Source of the DNA: an uncultured Gammaproteobacteria bacterium
Lineage (GTDB): Bacteria > Patescibacteriota > Patescibacteriia > UBA2196 > GWA2-42-15
NCBI GenBank assembly: GCA_964573135.1
Contig: CAZNIO010000008.1
Coordinates: forward strand, 1-58,633
Reading direction: 5' to 3'
DNA: 58,633 nucleotides
Shown: piece by piece, positions 25,798-34,970 of the stretch
How positions within the stretch are numbered: the first letter of the stretch is position 1
Layout: every line of letters starts with the position of its first letter
The notes under the pieces: generated by a model
The model's database searches: none
The model's input: only the letters and a program-made list of their open reading frames with translations
What the model was told of the DNA's origin: nothing
Translations under genes and position numbers: made by a program

Positions 25798-27189
25798 TCA
25801 TTTACTTAATTTATAAAAAATATCTTTGCCTTGTTTTATCATTTTTTTAACAATTTTTTTATTATTACCATTGGCTATTATCCGAAAAAGTCCTGGTTCG
25901 GTTTGTGATTCCCTAAAAAACAACCAATTGTATCTATCAAAAAGTATTTTAAACCCGCCTGTCTTACCGGGCACTCTTCTTACATTATACCCCGTATTCT
26001 GAAAATATTTCAATATTTTACCGCCAACCTTATCTCCGCCCTTCTCTTCTATTCTCTCCTCAAAATATTGAGGATAATTATCTAAAATCTCAGATATAGA
26101 TGTCCCTCTTCTTGCAAGTAACGCTAAAATAGCCACAACTGATAATAATCCATCTCTACATTTACTCGGAAGCATTATCAATCCTCCGCAACTCCCCTCT
26201 CCGCCAACCACGCTACCCATTTTTTCCATTTTTACTACAACATTTGTCTCCCCAACATCAACTTCAAAAACTCGAGCTCCATAATACTTAGCAATTTTAT
26301 GTACCAAATGTGAAGTCGGTAAATTAACAACTACTTTTTGTCCCCTCTTTTTTGATGACAAAACACTATCGACTCCAAGTGCCAACATCTCATTGCCAGA
26401 CATAACAGCACCGCGCGGTAAAATAATCTCAACTCGATCAGCATCTCCATCAAGCCCAAAACCAAAATCAGCTTTCTTTGCATCTACTAGCTTACTTAAA
26501 TATTTCAAAGTTTTACTATTTGGAATAACCTTTCGACCATAGACCCCTTCTTTCATATTCACCCCAATTATATCTACATTTAATTTCTTAAATAATTTTT
26601 GAAGCAGGCCAATAACCGGCCCGCCATTTGGATCAGCTATTAATTTAAATTTTTTATCTCTTATTTGTTTAACAGATTTTTTACCAATAATTTTTAAAAC
26701 CTCATTTATATATCTCTTTTCCAAATCTTTCTCTTTTCTAATTAATTTTCCTTTTTTACCCAAAAATCCACTATCAAGTGGCTTGCTAACCTTTCTTATA
26801 ATATTCTCGCTGTCTTTTACATATAAAATAGCTCCATTTTCCCTCAATAGCTTCCACCCATTGTATTCCGGCTCATTATGTGATGCGGTTATAACCACCC
26901 CTCCTTGCGCCTTATACTCACGAACTCCTAACTCAACCACCGGCGTACTGGCCACTCCCACATCAATCACCTCAAAACCAAAATCCAAAAAAACTTCAAT
27001 AAAAACTTTTTGTAAACTCTTAGTTGACTTGCGAGTATCTCCACCAACTACTACTCTAATTTTTTTAAATTTATCAATTAAAAACAAAGAATACACCCGC
27101 GCATACTTTTCCGCCAAACCCTCATCAATCCCGCGACCATAAACTCCACGAATACCAGAAAATGATTCAATTAAATTATTTTTATTCAT
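25798..27189 (-). CDS. Second alpha-D-phosphohexomutase (GlmM/PMM-like)
   Basis: FSGIRG, TASHNE, LDGDADR, VGETNV, GGEGSCGG, RESQTEP. Confidence 0.88.
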   Translation of the reverse strand: MNKNNLIESFSGIRGVYGRGIDEGLAEKYARVYSLFLIDKFKKIRVVVGGDTRKSTKSLQKVFIEVFLDFGFEVIDVGVASTPVVELGVREYKAQGGVVITASHNEPEYNGWKLLRENGAILYVKDSENIIRKVSKPLDSGFLGKKGKLIRKEKDLEKRYINEVLKIIGKKSVKQIRDKKFKLIADPNGGPVIGLLQKLFKKLNVDIIGVNMKEGVYGRKVIPNSKTLKYLSKLVDAKKADFGFGLDGDADRVEIILPRGAVMSGNEMLALGVDSVLSSKKRGQKVVVNLPTSHLVHKIAKYYGARVFEVDVGETNVVVKMEKMGSVVGGEGSCGGLIMLPSKCRDGLLSVVAILALLARRGTSISEILDNYPQYFEERIEEKGGDKVGGKILKYFQNTGYNVRRVPGKTGGFKILFDRYNWLFFRESQTEPGLFRIIANGNNKKIVKKMIKQGKDIFYKLSK

Positions 27190-27701
27190 ATAATATCCTT
27201 ACTATTTAATATCTGTAATATTTTTTCTGTCATCTCCTTCTTATTCTTCTGATAAATCTTCTCAGCTAACTCACTTGCCTCGCCATACGACACCCATTTA
27301 TAATCATCAAATTCACTCTCGCCAATATCCAAATCTGTATTCTCAACTTTAGACATCATAAAAAAATATTTTTTACCCCTCATATAGAATTCCTCTCCTT
27401 CATCTGTCTTTAGTTCTCTTGAATTCTGTTTTTTAGAAGAAAAAATTATCTCATCCTCTCCAATAATCTCTAAATCCTTAGCTCCTTCCATAAAACTACT
27501 TCCTAACTCCTCTCTCATCTCTCGCTTAAACGCTTCTTCTAAAGTCTCGCCATTATCCACTCCCCCTTGCGGCATTTGCCACAAATCATGCTTTCTCTTG
27601 TAAACCATCAAAACTTTATTACCCCTCACAAAAACACCTACAACTTGTGGTCGCAAACCATTTTTTCGTATTTCATCAATTTGCTTTAAGCTTAACTTCA
27701 T
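27186..27701 (-). CDS. NUDIX hydrolase, RppH/Ap4A-hydrolase-like
   Basis: WQMPQGGVDNGETLEEAFKREMREELG Nudix box; 4-nt overlaps with both neighbours. Confidence 0.88.
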   Translation of the reverse strand: MKLSLKQIDEIRKNGLRPQVVGVFVRGNKVLMVYKRKHDLWQMPQGGVDNGETLEEAFKREMREELGSSFMEGAKDLEIIGEDEIIFSSKKQNSRELKTDEGEEFYMRGKKYFFMMSKVENTDLDIGESEFDDYKWVSYGEASELAEKIYQKNKKEMTEKILQILNSKDII

Positions 27702-28399
27702 ATTTTTTTAACCACTGACAATATATTTCTCCCATTCCACCAATGACATTTTTTCTCCCCACATGAATAATAGTTTTCAACTATCTCAAATCCTGCCTGT
27801 TTAAATAATTTTTTCAACTCTCCACAAGTAAACACCCTATAATACAACTCTCCCTTCCTCTGCTTATCTCCCGACTGCCACACAGTCATTAAGTCTCGAA
27901 AACTCTCTCTCGTAATCTCCCTATTCCATACGCTCTTTTTCTGCCCCTTTTGCCATAAATTCCAGTTTGTCATTATTAAATGCCCACCAGGTTTTAATAC
28001 TTTAAAAATATTTACTAATGCTTTCAATCTCAACTCATGACTTGGAATATGATTAAATACAGCGAACATAAATACTTTATCAAATTTATCCATTTCCAAT
28101 TTATCAAGCCCCAGCATATCACCCACTAAAAAATTAGCTTTTTTATTATTCTTCTTGGCTTGATCAATCAAGCTTTGCGAATTATCTAATCCGAAATAAT
28201 AAACTCTAGGTAAAATCTCCAAAAATCTTCCATTGCCACACCCCACATCAAGTACTCTATCATTCTCCTTTACATATTGCTTGACTAGGGTCCTCATTTC
28301 TGGCCATATCCTATTTCGTGTATCAGAAAAATCCTCTGCAATTAAATCATAAGTTTTCCTATTTATCTCCAATATCTTTTGTGCCCGTGTTGCATCCAT
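27698..28399 (-). CDS. Class I SAM-dependent methyltransferase, Trm9/ALKBH8-like (putative tRNA cm5U34 methyltransferase)
   Basis: YDLIAEDFSDTRNRIWP, VLDVGCGNGR, AVFNHIPSHELR, LKPGG..MTNW, YYRVFTCGEL follow the motif order I recall for yeast Trm9. Confidence 0.75.
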   Translation of the reverse strand: MDATRAQKILEINRKTYDLIAEDFSDTRNRIWPEMRTLVKQYVKENDRVLDVGCGNGRFLEILPRVYYFGLDNSQSLIDQAKKNNKKANFLVGDMLGLDKLEMDKFDKVFMFAVFNHIPSHELRLKALVNIFKVLKPGGHLIMTNWNLWQKGQKKSVWNREITRESFRDLMTVWQSGDKQRKGELYYRVFTCGELKKLFKQAGFEIVENYYSCGEKKCHWWNGRNILSVVKKI

Positions 28400-28408
28400 A
28401 TATCTTTA

Positions 28409-28451
28409 AGATTAGCAGGAGCTTTGAAAAATTACAAATTTGGGATATAAT
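28409..28451. promoter_or_regulatory. Overlapping divergent promoters for elp3 and the Trm9-like operon
   Basis: + strand TTGAAA, 16 nt, TATAAT (28446-51); - strand TTGTAA (28437-32), 17 nt, TG-n-TAATCT (28414-09); each -10 box is 9 nt from its ATG. Confidence 0.55.
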
Positions 28452-28460
28452 AAGGAAACT

Positions 28461-30005
28461 ATGGATATTGCACAAAAAATCATCAAATATCTCTTAAAAA
28501 ATCCTCCCCAAACAGAGGCCGATATTCTACGTGCTAAAAGAAAATTCTGCAAAGAATCTAAAACCAAAAATGTACCCCCTAATTCAGATCTACTCAAAAT
28601 CTATCACACAAAAAAAACAAAAAGTATTAAATTAGAAAACCTCTTGCGCAAGCGCGGTATACGCACTCTTTCTGGTATTGCACCCATTGCCGTTTTAACT
28701 AAACCCTATCCTTGCCCCGGCAACTGCGCCTATTGCCCCAAAGAAAAGGACATGCCCACCAGCTATCTTTCTAACGAGCCAGCCGTTATGCGCGCTATTC
28801 TCTGTAAATTCAATCCATACAAACAAGTCCAGATGCGCTTAAAAGCCCTGCAAAGCAATGGTCATAATATAGATAAACTTGAACTCATTGTCATGGGTGG
28901 CACGTGGTCATATTTAAAAGAAAAATATCAAACCTGGTATATCAAAGAATGCTTTCGTGCAGCCAATGACTTTCCTAAAATCATTAAATCTTCTAAAACA
29001 AATTTAGCCTACGAGCAAAAAAGAAACGAGAAAACAAAAAATAGGATAGTTGGACTAACCCTAGAAACCCGACCTGACTACATAAATGAAGAAGAATTAG
29101 AAAAAATGAGAAACTTTGGCTGCACTAGAATTGAAATTGGTATCCAGCATATTGATGATAAGATATTAAAACTAAACAAGCGTGGACATACAGTAGAGCA
29201 GACAATAAAAGCCACCAGCCTTATGCGTAACTACGGTTTTAAAATAACTTATCACATTATGCCTAATCTTCCAGGATCTACTCCATCTAAAGACTTGGCA
29301 ATGTGCAAAAAAATATTCACAAACCCCAATTTTCAACCAGATCAAATCAAGCTCTATCCTTGCGTAGTCGCTAAGGGCTCGCTCCTCTATCGCTGGTGGA
29401 AACAAGGCAAATGGAAAAGCTATTCCACTAAAACCCTGATTAATTTACTTATTAATATAAAATCAATAACACCTCCTTGGGTAAGAATTATCAGGGTCAT
29501 CAGAGACATCCCAGAAGAATCAATTATTGACGGAAATAAAATAACTAATTTAAGACAAACCGTTCAATCTATAATGAGAGAAAGAGAAATTGTCTGCCAA
29601 TGTATTAGATGCCGTGAAGCCGGCCATCAAAACCATGCGGAAAAATACAAACCATATCCACAATCCCGTACATACAAAACCATCGACGGAACTGAAATAT
29701 TCTTAAGCTTTGAATCAAAAAATAAAGAGGTACTTTTTGCTTTTTGTCGTCTTTGTTTACCGAAAAATAGCAACACAGCCCTCATCCGCGAACTACACAC
29801 ATACGGCCAAATGACCGCCTTGGGTCAAAAAGGAACTGTTCAACACAGAGGCATGGGCAAAAAACTTCTGCAAACCGCCGAAAAAATAACTAAACAAAAA
29901 AAATACACCGCTCTATCAATTATCTCAGGTATTGGCGTACGTGATTACTATCGCAAACTTGGCTACCAGCTACAAAATACGTATATGCTTAAAAAGTTGA
30001 AATAA
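28461..30005 (+). CDS. elp3: Elp3 tRNA uridine(34) acetyltransferase, radical SAM plus GNAT (start moved to the ATG at 28461)
   Basis: CPGNCAYC (CxxxCxxC), MGGTW, LETRPD, RIEIGIQ, HIMPNLP, PDQIKLYP, RVIRDIP, CQCIRCRE, RELHTYG, QHRGMG, ISGIGVRDYYRKLGY. Confidence 0.93.
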   Translation: MDIAQKIIKYLLKNPPQTEADILRAKRKFCKESKTKNVPPNSDLLKIYHTKKTKSIKLENLLRKRGIRTLSGIAPIAVLTKPYPCPGNCAYCPKEKDMPTSYLSNEPAVMRAILCKFNPYKQVQMRLKALQSNGHNIDKLELIVMGGTWSYLKEKYQTWYIKECFRAANDFPKIIKSSKTNLAYEQKRNEKTKNRIVGLTLETRPDYINEEELEKMRNFGCTRIEIGIQHIDDKILKLNKRGHTVEQTIKATSLMRNYGFKITYHIMPNLPGSTPSKDLAMCKKIFTNPNFQPDQIKLYPCVVAKGSLLYRWWKQGKWKSYSTKTLINLLINIKSITPPWVRIIRVIRDIPEESIIDGNKITNLRQTVQSIMREREIVCQCIRCREAGHQNHAEKYKPYPQSRTYKTIDGTEIFLSFESKNKEVLFAFCRLCLPKNSNTALIRELHTYGQMTALGQKGTVQHRGMGKKLLQTAEKITKQKKYTALSIISGIGVRDYYRKLGYQLQNTYMLKKLK

Positions 30006-30053
30006 CCACTTAATTTTGGTAATATAACCATATAATTAATCAATATAAAATAT

Positions 30054-30653
30054 ATGCAAAAGCCCAATTATAAAAAAATTACTAACCTAATTTTTGAACT
30101 TAACCAACTCAAGCGCCAACGCCACACTGGCTTTAATTTCGTGGGTGTCAAAAATCCACATTCAATCGCCGAACATGCCTTGCGTGCCGCTCAAATCGGA
30201 TATATCCTGGCAGTACTTGAAGAAGCCAATCCTGAAAAAACAGCCAGCATGCTCATCATCCACGATAATGGCGAAGTCAGAGTTGGTGATCAAAATAAAA
30301 TAGCAGCACGCTATTTTTCAACCAAAAAAGCAGAAAAAAAAGCCTTTGAAGACCAAATAAAAAATTTGGGACAAGAAATAGAAAAAAAGTGGCAGAAATA
30401 CTTTGATGAATTTGAGCAAAGAAATACCAAGGAAGGTCTCATCGCTAAAGACGCCGACTGGCTAGAGACAGCTTTTCAGGCCAAAGAATACCAGGATTTA
30501 GGCTATCCGGCAGTTGGGGATTGGATAGATAATGTAGAAAAAGCTCTTGAAACCGAAAGTGCTAAAAAAATCATAAAAGAAATGAAAAAAACCGGGTTTA
30601 CCGACTGGTGGCAAGGACTCAAAAAAATGACTTATAAAAAACTATATAACTAA
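30054..30653 (+). CDS. HD-domain phosphohydrolase, YfbR-like 5'-nucleotidase family
   Basis: LKRQRHTG, HSIAEHALR, IIHDNGE, KDADWLE. Confidence 0.82.
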   Translation: MQKPNYKKITNLIFELNQLKRQRHTGFNFVGVKNPHSIAEHALRAAQIGYILAVLEEANPEKTASMLIIHDNGEVRVGDQNKIAARYFSTKKAEKKAFEDQIKNLGQEIEKKWQKYFDEFEQRNTKEGLIAKDADWLETAFQAKEYQDLGYPAVGDWIDNVEKALETESAKKIIKEMKKTGFTDWWQGLKKMTYKKLYN

Positions 30654-30710
30654 TATGCTATAATCTAAAAAATTAAATCTACTTCTTATACATTTAATTT
30701 TTTTAAATAC

Positions 30711-32018
30711 ATGAATACTCAAAAAAACCTAGAAAACCTAAAAGACAATGATCCGGAAATTTTTAATGCTATCCAAGGCGAAGAAAAAAGAGAACAACTT
30801 GGCATTGAACTCATTCCTTCTGAAAACTACACCTATCCTGAGGTCTTCGCCGCCAATGGCTCTATTTTAACCAATAAATATTCTGAAGGGTATCCAGGCA
30901 AAAGATACTATGGCGGTCAAGAATTCACAAATATTGTAGAATCCCTAGCTATCGAACGAGCCAAAAAAGTCTTCAAATGTGATCATGCCAACGTTCAACC
31001 ACTTTCCGGCTCACCGATGAACCAGGCAGTCTATTTAGCCCTCTGTAAACCAGGCGATACTATTCTTGGCATGGACCTCTCACACGGAGGTCATCTAACT
31101 CATGGCGCTCCAGTTTCCCATATGGGTAAACTTTTTAATTTTGTCAGGTATAAAACAGACCCAGATAATAAAGGAAAAATAGATTTTGATCAACTTCTAA
31201 AACTTGCTAAAAAATATAAGCCCAAAATCGTCCTCTGCGGCTATACCTCATACCCTAGGGATTATGACTATACTGACTTCAAAAAAGTAGCTGATGAAGT
31301 CGGAGCATATACTATGGCCGATATCGCCCATATTGGTGGCCTAGTCGCTGCTGGTGCAATGAGAAATCCCTTTGACTACGGTTTTGATATAGTCACTACA
31401 ACTACTCATAAAACACTGCGCGGACCACGCGCAGGCTTAGTACTTTCCAACGGTAAGGTTGGTAATCCCTTCAAGGAAGTTGAATTAACCAAAGAAAATT
31501 TACCCACCATTCTTGACAGATCAGTCTTCCCTGGACTTCAAGGAGGGCCACACATGCATACTATTGCTGCCATTGCTATAACTCTTAAAAAAGCTATGCA
31601 ACCCGATTTCAAAGAATACGCTAATCAAGTGCTTAAAAACGCCAAAGTTCTGGCTAAAACCCTCATGGATAAAGGGGCTAAGCTTGTCACAGATGGCACC
31701 GATAACCACATGCTAGTTTTAAATACACTTGCCAGCTTTAATATAAATGGCAAAGTAGCTGAAGAAATTCTTGAAACAACTGGTGTTACAGTTAATAAAC
31801 AAATCATACCAGACGATCCCAATCCACCATACAAGCCATCAGGCATTCGTTTGGGCACACCAGCCGCCACTACTCGTGGCATGCAAGAAGATGATATGCA
31901 AAAAATAGGTAGCTGGATAATCCAAGCACTCAAAAACCATCAAGACAAATCAAAACTAACAGAATTAAAAACAGAAGTCGAAAACTTCTGTAAACAATTC
32001 CCAGTCCCTGGAATATAG
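30711..32018 (+). CDS. glyA: Serine hydroxymethyltransferase
   Basis: LIPSENY, NKYSEGYPGKRYYGG, HGGHLTHG, TTTTHKTLRGPR, PGLQGGPH, SGIRLGTP. Confidence 0.98.
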   Translation: MNTQKNLENLKDNDPEIFNAIQGEEKREQLGIELIPSENYTYPEVFAANGSILTNKYSEGYPGKRYYGGQEFTNIVESLAIERAKKVFKCDHANVQPLSGSPMNQAVYLALCKPGDTILGMDLSHGGHLTHGAPVSHMGKLFNFVRYKTDPDNKGKIDFDQLLKLAKKYKPKIVLCGYTSYPRDYDYTDFKKVADEVGAYTMADIAHIGGLVAAGAMRNPFDYGFDIVTTTTHKTLRGPRAGLVLSNGKVGNPFKEVELTKENLPTILDRSVFPGLQGGPHMHTIAAIAITLKKAMQPDFKEYANQVLKNAKVLAKTLMDKGAKLVTDGTDNHMLVLNTLASFNINGKVAEEILETTGVTVNKQIIPDDPNPPYKPSGIRLGTPAATTRGMQEDDMQKIGSWIIQALKNHQDKSKLTELKTEVENFCKQFPVPGI

Positions 32019-32033
32019 CCAAAATCCAATTTT

Positions 32034-32060
32034 AAAACCCCAGACTATCAGTCTGGGGTT
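32034..32060. terminator. Bidirectional terminator / palindromic repeat, copy 2 (variant)
   Basis: AAAACCCCAGACT-ATC-AGTCTGGGGTT followed by CTTTT. Confidence 0.75.
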
Positions 32061-32078
32061 CTTTTAATTCTACAAAAA

Positions 32079-33101
32079 CTAGATCAATCCAAACAATTTA
32101 CCCAGAAACAACACATAAAATAAGAGATATAAAAGGCCTTCCCAAATATGAATCTTTTTTGACAAAGAGGTCACAATAAAAAGAAAAGTAGCTATTACCA
32201 TTGCCGGTACAGCCAGAGTAATGGTTGCCTCATCAATTACCAAAGTTTTAATCAACCCCGGCACGCCAATAACTAGCAATAAGTTAAAAACGTTAGATCC
32301 AAATATATTGCCAATAGCAATTTCAGCCTTGCCCTGCCTAGCTGCCTTTACTGACACCAAAAGTTCCGGCAAAGACGTACCAATGGCCACCGCTGATATA
32401 GCTATTATTCCAGCTGAAATATCTAAAATTTGTGATATTTCAATAACTGATTCTATCAAATATTTTGACCCAAGAAACAGGCCAATCATTCCCGCCAAAA
32501 GAACCATCAAATCTACTCCTGATATTTTAGGTCTTTTAACTTTTACTCTACCCTTAACTTTCTTAGCCACATGCTCCTTAATCTTCTTATCATCCACGCC
32601 CGATAAAATATCTGGCAAGTCCCCAATATGATGAATATCTGCATCCTCTTCCTCTTTGTGCTGCATGGTATAGAAAAGATATATTACATAAGCGACTAGA
32701 AGCACTATAGCTTCTGCAAAAGTGACTTGTCTATCAATTAAAATACTCAAAGCCAAACAGGTTGATATGGCCAAAAGAGGCAAATCAAGATCTATCAAAT
32801 TCTTAGCAACAACTAACTTTCTTCCCACCACCGCAGCCACTCCCACCACTAAAAAAATATTAGCCACATTCGAACCAACAGCATTAGCAACCACGATCTC
32901 AGTAGCCCCCTCCCAAACTGCCATCAAACCTGATATTAACTCAGGAAAAGAAGTTCCCATGCCAACAATGGTCACTCCTACAATAAAAGGAGAAATTCCT
33001 AATGCTAAACCAATCTTCTCAGCTTTTTCCAATAACCAATCAGACGATTTAACCATTAACGCCAAAGAAACGATAAAAACTATAACCCAAAATATCATCA
33101 T
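32079..33101 (-). CDS. Calcium/sodium antiporter (CaCA/YrbG family)
   Basis: Two alpha repeats GTSFPEL...GSNVAN and GTSLPEL...GSNVFN; multiple TM helices. Confidence 0.92.
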   Translation of the reverse strand: MMIFWVIVFIVSLALMVKSSDWLLEKAEKIGLALGISPFIVGVTIVGMGTSFPELISGLMAVWEGATEIVVANAVGSNVANIFLVVGVAAVVGRKLVVAKNLIDLDLPLLAISTCLALSILIDRQVTFAEAIVLLVAYVIYLFYTMQHKEEEDADIHHIGDLPDILSGVDDKKIKEHVAKKVKGRVKVKRPKISGVDLMVLLAGMIGLFLGSKYLIESVIEISQILDISAGIIAISAVAIGTSLPELLVSVKAARQGKAEIAIGNIFGSNVFNLLLVIGVPGLIKTLVIDEATITLAVPAMVIATFLFIVTSLSKKIHIWEGLLYLLFYVLFLGKLFGLI

Positions 33102-33155
33102 AAAAATTAATTATTTAATCAATTTAATTTTAACATTTCTAAAAAAATAAATAAA

Positions 33156-33947
33156 CTAATCAATTGGCAAATCCGCAGGCTCCTCTGTGGCCTCTCTTTG
33201 ACTCAATGATTCATTAATTGAATTTAACCTGTCATCATTGCGTGGGGTAACTATAACTTGACTCTCCTCTCTCTTATCCTCTTCACCGCCACGTTCACGC
33301 GCTTCTAAACCATGGGGAACAACCCGCACAGATTTAAAATTAGTTTTTTCAACTATTTTCTTTTCTTTTCCCTTGTCTTTATCTTTCTTTAATATAGAAT
33401 AACGCTCTCGCATACCGCTCCCAGAATCGTCTTTTTTATCCCCCTTAATTAACCCACCCAGCATTCTATCATCCTTCAAATAATCACTCGCTTTTTTGGG
33501 TCTAGTTTTAATCTTAGCTTCTTTTGTCTTTTTCGATTGCTTAATAACAGGGGCTTCTTTCTTTGCGCTACTTGTCATCGCCTTTATAATACGCTTAAAT
33601 TCACTTTTGTCAGTTGATGTTATCTCCCCCTTATTAACCATTGCCTTAAACTTAACAAATGCTTTTGCTTGTCCTCTATTAGATACCTTGTCCGCCCCAG
33701 ACGACATTGCCCGCAATATGGGATCCATCACCTCTTGAAACTTAGCTAAATCCTTTTTAGAAAGATATGATTTGCCTTTTCTCCTATGAGCATAAAGTGC
33801 CGACTTCAAACCTTTCTTTCCTGGCCGAAACCGCCCACCAGTTCCAATTTTATTCAAATCAAAACGCTTTTTTACAGGATCAATTTTAACAGCAGGACTC
33901 TTGGGCGCCACGCTCTTACTACTCGGTTTTGTCGAAAATAAACCCAT
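33156..33947 (-). CDS. Hypothetical basic protein (263 aa)
   Basis: Uninterrupted K-rich ORF filling the gap; no family recognised. Confidence 0.6.
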   Translation of the reverse strand: MGLFSTKPSSKSVAPKSPAVKIDPVKKRFDLNKIGTGGRFRPGKKGLKSALYAHRRKGKSYLSKKDLAKFQEVMDPILRAMSSGADKVSNRGQAKAFVKFKAMVNKGEITSTDKSEFKRIIKAMTSSAKKEAPVIKQSKKTKEAKIKTRPKKASDYLKDDRMLGGLIKGDKKDDSGSGMRERYSILKKDKDKGKEKKIVEKTNFKSVRVVPHGLEARERGGEEDKREESQVIVTPRNDDRLNSINESLSQREATEEPADLPID

Positions 33948-34008
33948 GTTAAAATATAATCAATTAATATAGTAATATTAACATTTCCCTTCTCATGCGT
34001 CTATTAAA

Positions 34009-34037
34009 TTGCCAGATTTACTAAAAAAAGCTACTAT
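34009..34037 (+). promoter_or_regulatory. Promoter of folD
   Basis: TTGCCA, 17 nt, TACTAT; the ORF-track TTG start is the -35 box; ATG at 34048. Confidence 0.55.
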
Positions 34038-34047
34038 ATACACATAT

Positions 34048-34872
34048 ATGCAACAGATCAACGGCAAAAAAATTGCCGACCAAATTTTAAAATCAATCAG
34101 CCACAAAGAGTCAAAAACAAAATTGGCTGTCATTTTAATTGGTAAAAATCCAGCCTCTCGCCTCTACGTTAAAATCAAAGAAGAAAAAGCTAAAAAAATA
34201 GGTATCAATTTTGAAAAACATTTACTGTCAACTGACAGTAAACAAAAATGCATTATTGAATTAATACAGAAGTTAAATACGGACAAGTCAGTCTCAGCCA
34301 TATTAGTCCAACTCCCACTACCAAAACACCTTAACACACATAAAATAATTAAAACCATTCATCCAAATAAAGACGCTGACGGTATTCACCCAAAACATTT
34401 AAAATTACTCAAGCAAGGCAAATTGCCACCAATCTTACCAGCCACAACCGGCGCTATCCTAGAAGCTATCAAATCAACTAAAATAAATCTAAAAAATAAA
34501 TCCGTTGCCATTATCGGCAAAAGCACCATTGTCGGCTTACCCACCTACTATTACCTGAAAAATAAAGTTAAAAAAATTAATATTTATGACTCAAGCACCA
34601 AAAATTTAAAAAATAAAACCAGCCAAGCCGATATCCTTATTGTTGCTATTGGCCAACCTAAATATATAACCGAAGAATACATAAAACAAAACGCTATTGT
34701 CATTGATGTCGGCATTAATAAGGTGGGTAATAAGACCATAGGTGATGTTGACCAAAATAGCGTAGCTAAAAAAGCCAGTTATCTAACTCCAGTACCAGGA
34801 GGAATTGGACCGCTTACTGTCAGTATTCTCCTACAAAATACAATAAAATTAAACTCCTCACCTATTTTATGA
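34048..34872 (+). CDS. folD: Methylenetetrahydrofolate dehydrogenase/cyclohydrolase (start moved to 34048)
   Basis: PASRLYVKIK, ILVQLPLP, KDADG, IGKSTIVGLP, VIDVGIN, TPVPGGIGPLT. Confidence 0.94.
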   Translation: MQQINGKKIADQILKSISHKESKTKLAVILIGKNPASRLYVKIKEEKAKKIGINFEKHLLSTDSKQKCIIELIQKLNTDKSVSAILVQLPLPKHLNTHKIIKTIHPNKDADGIHPKHLKLLKQGKLPPILPATTGAILEAIKSTKINLKNKSVAIIGKSTIVGLPTYYYLKNKVKKINIYDSSTKNLKNKTSQADILIVAIGQPKYITEEYIKQNAIVIDVGINKVGNKTIGDVDQNSVAKKASYLTPVPGGIGPLTVSILLQNTIKLNSSPIL

Positions 34873-34890
34873 TATAATTAACTCAAATAC

Positions 34891-34919
34891 TTGCACTTAA
34901 ATCAAAAAAGTGTTAAACT
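34891..34919 (+). promoter_or_regulatory. Promoter of the ABC exporter
   Basis: TTGCAC, 17 nt, TG-n-TAAACT. Confidence 0.5.
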
Positions 34920-34970
34920 ATTCTAGATAGTTTTTTTATTTTCAATCAAATACAAAAACGAGACAATATT

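Noticed and set aside
28452-28460. AAGGA as a Shine-Dalgarno for elp3
   Set aside because: It lies upstream of the predicted transcription start if the TATAAT at 28446-51 is used; ambiguous without 5'-end data
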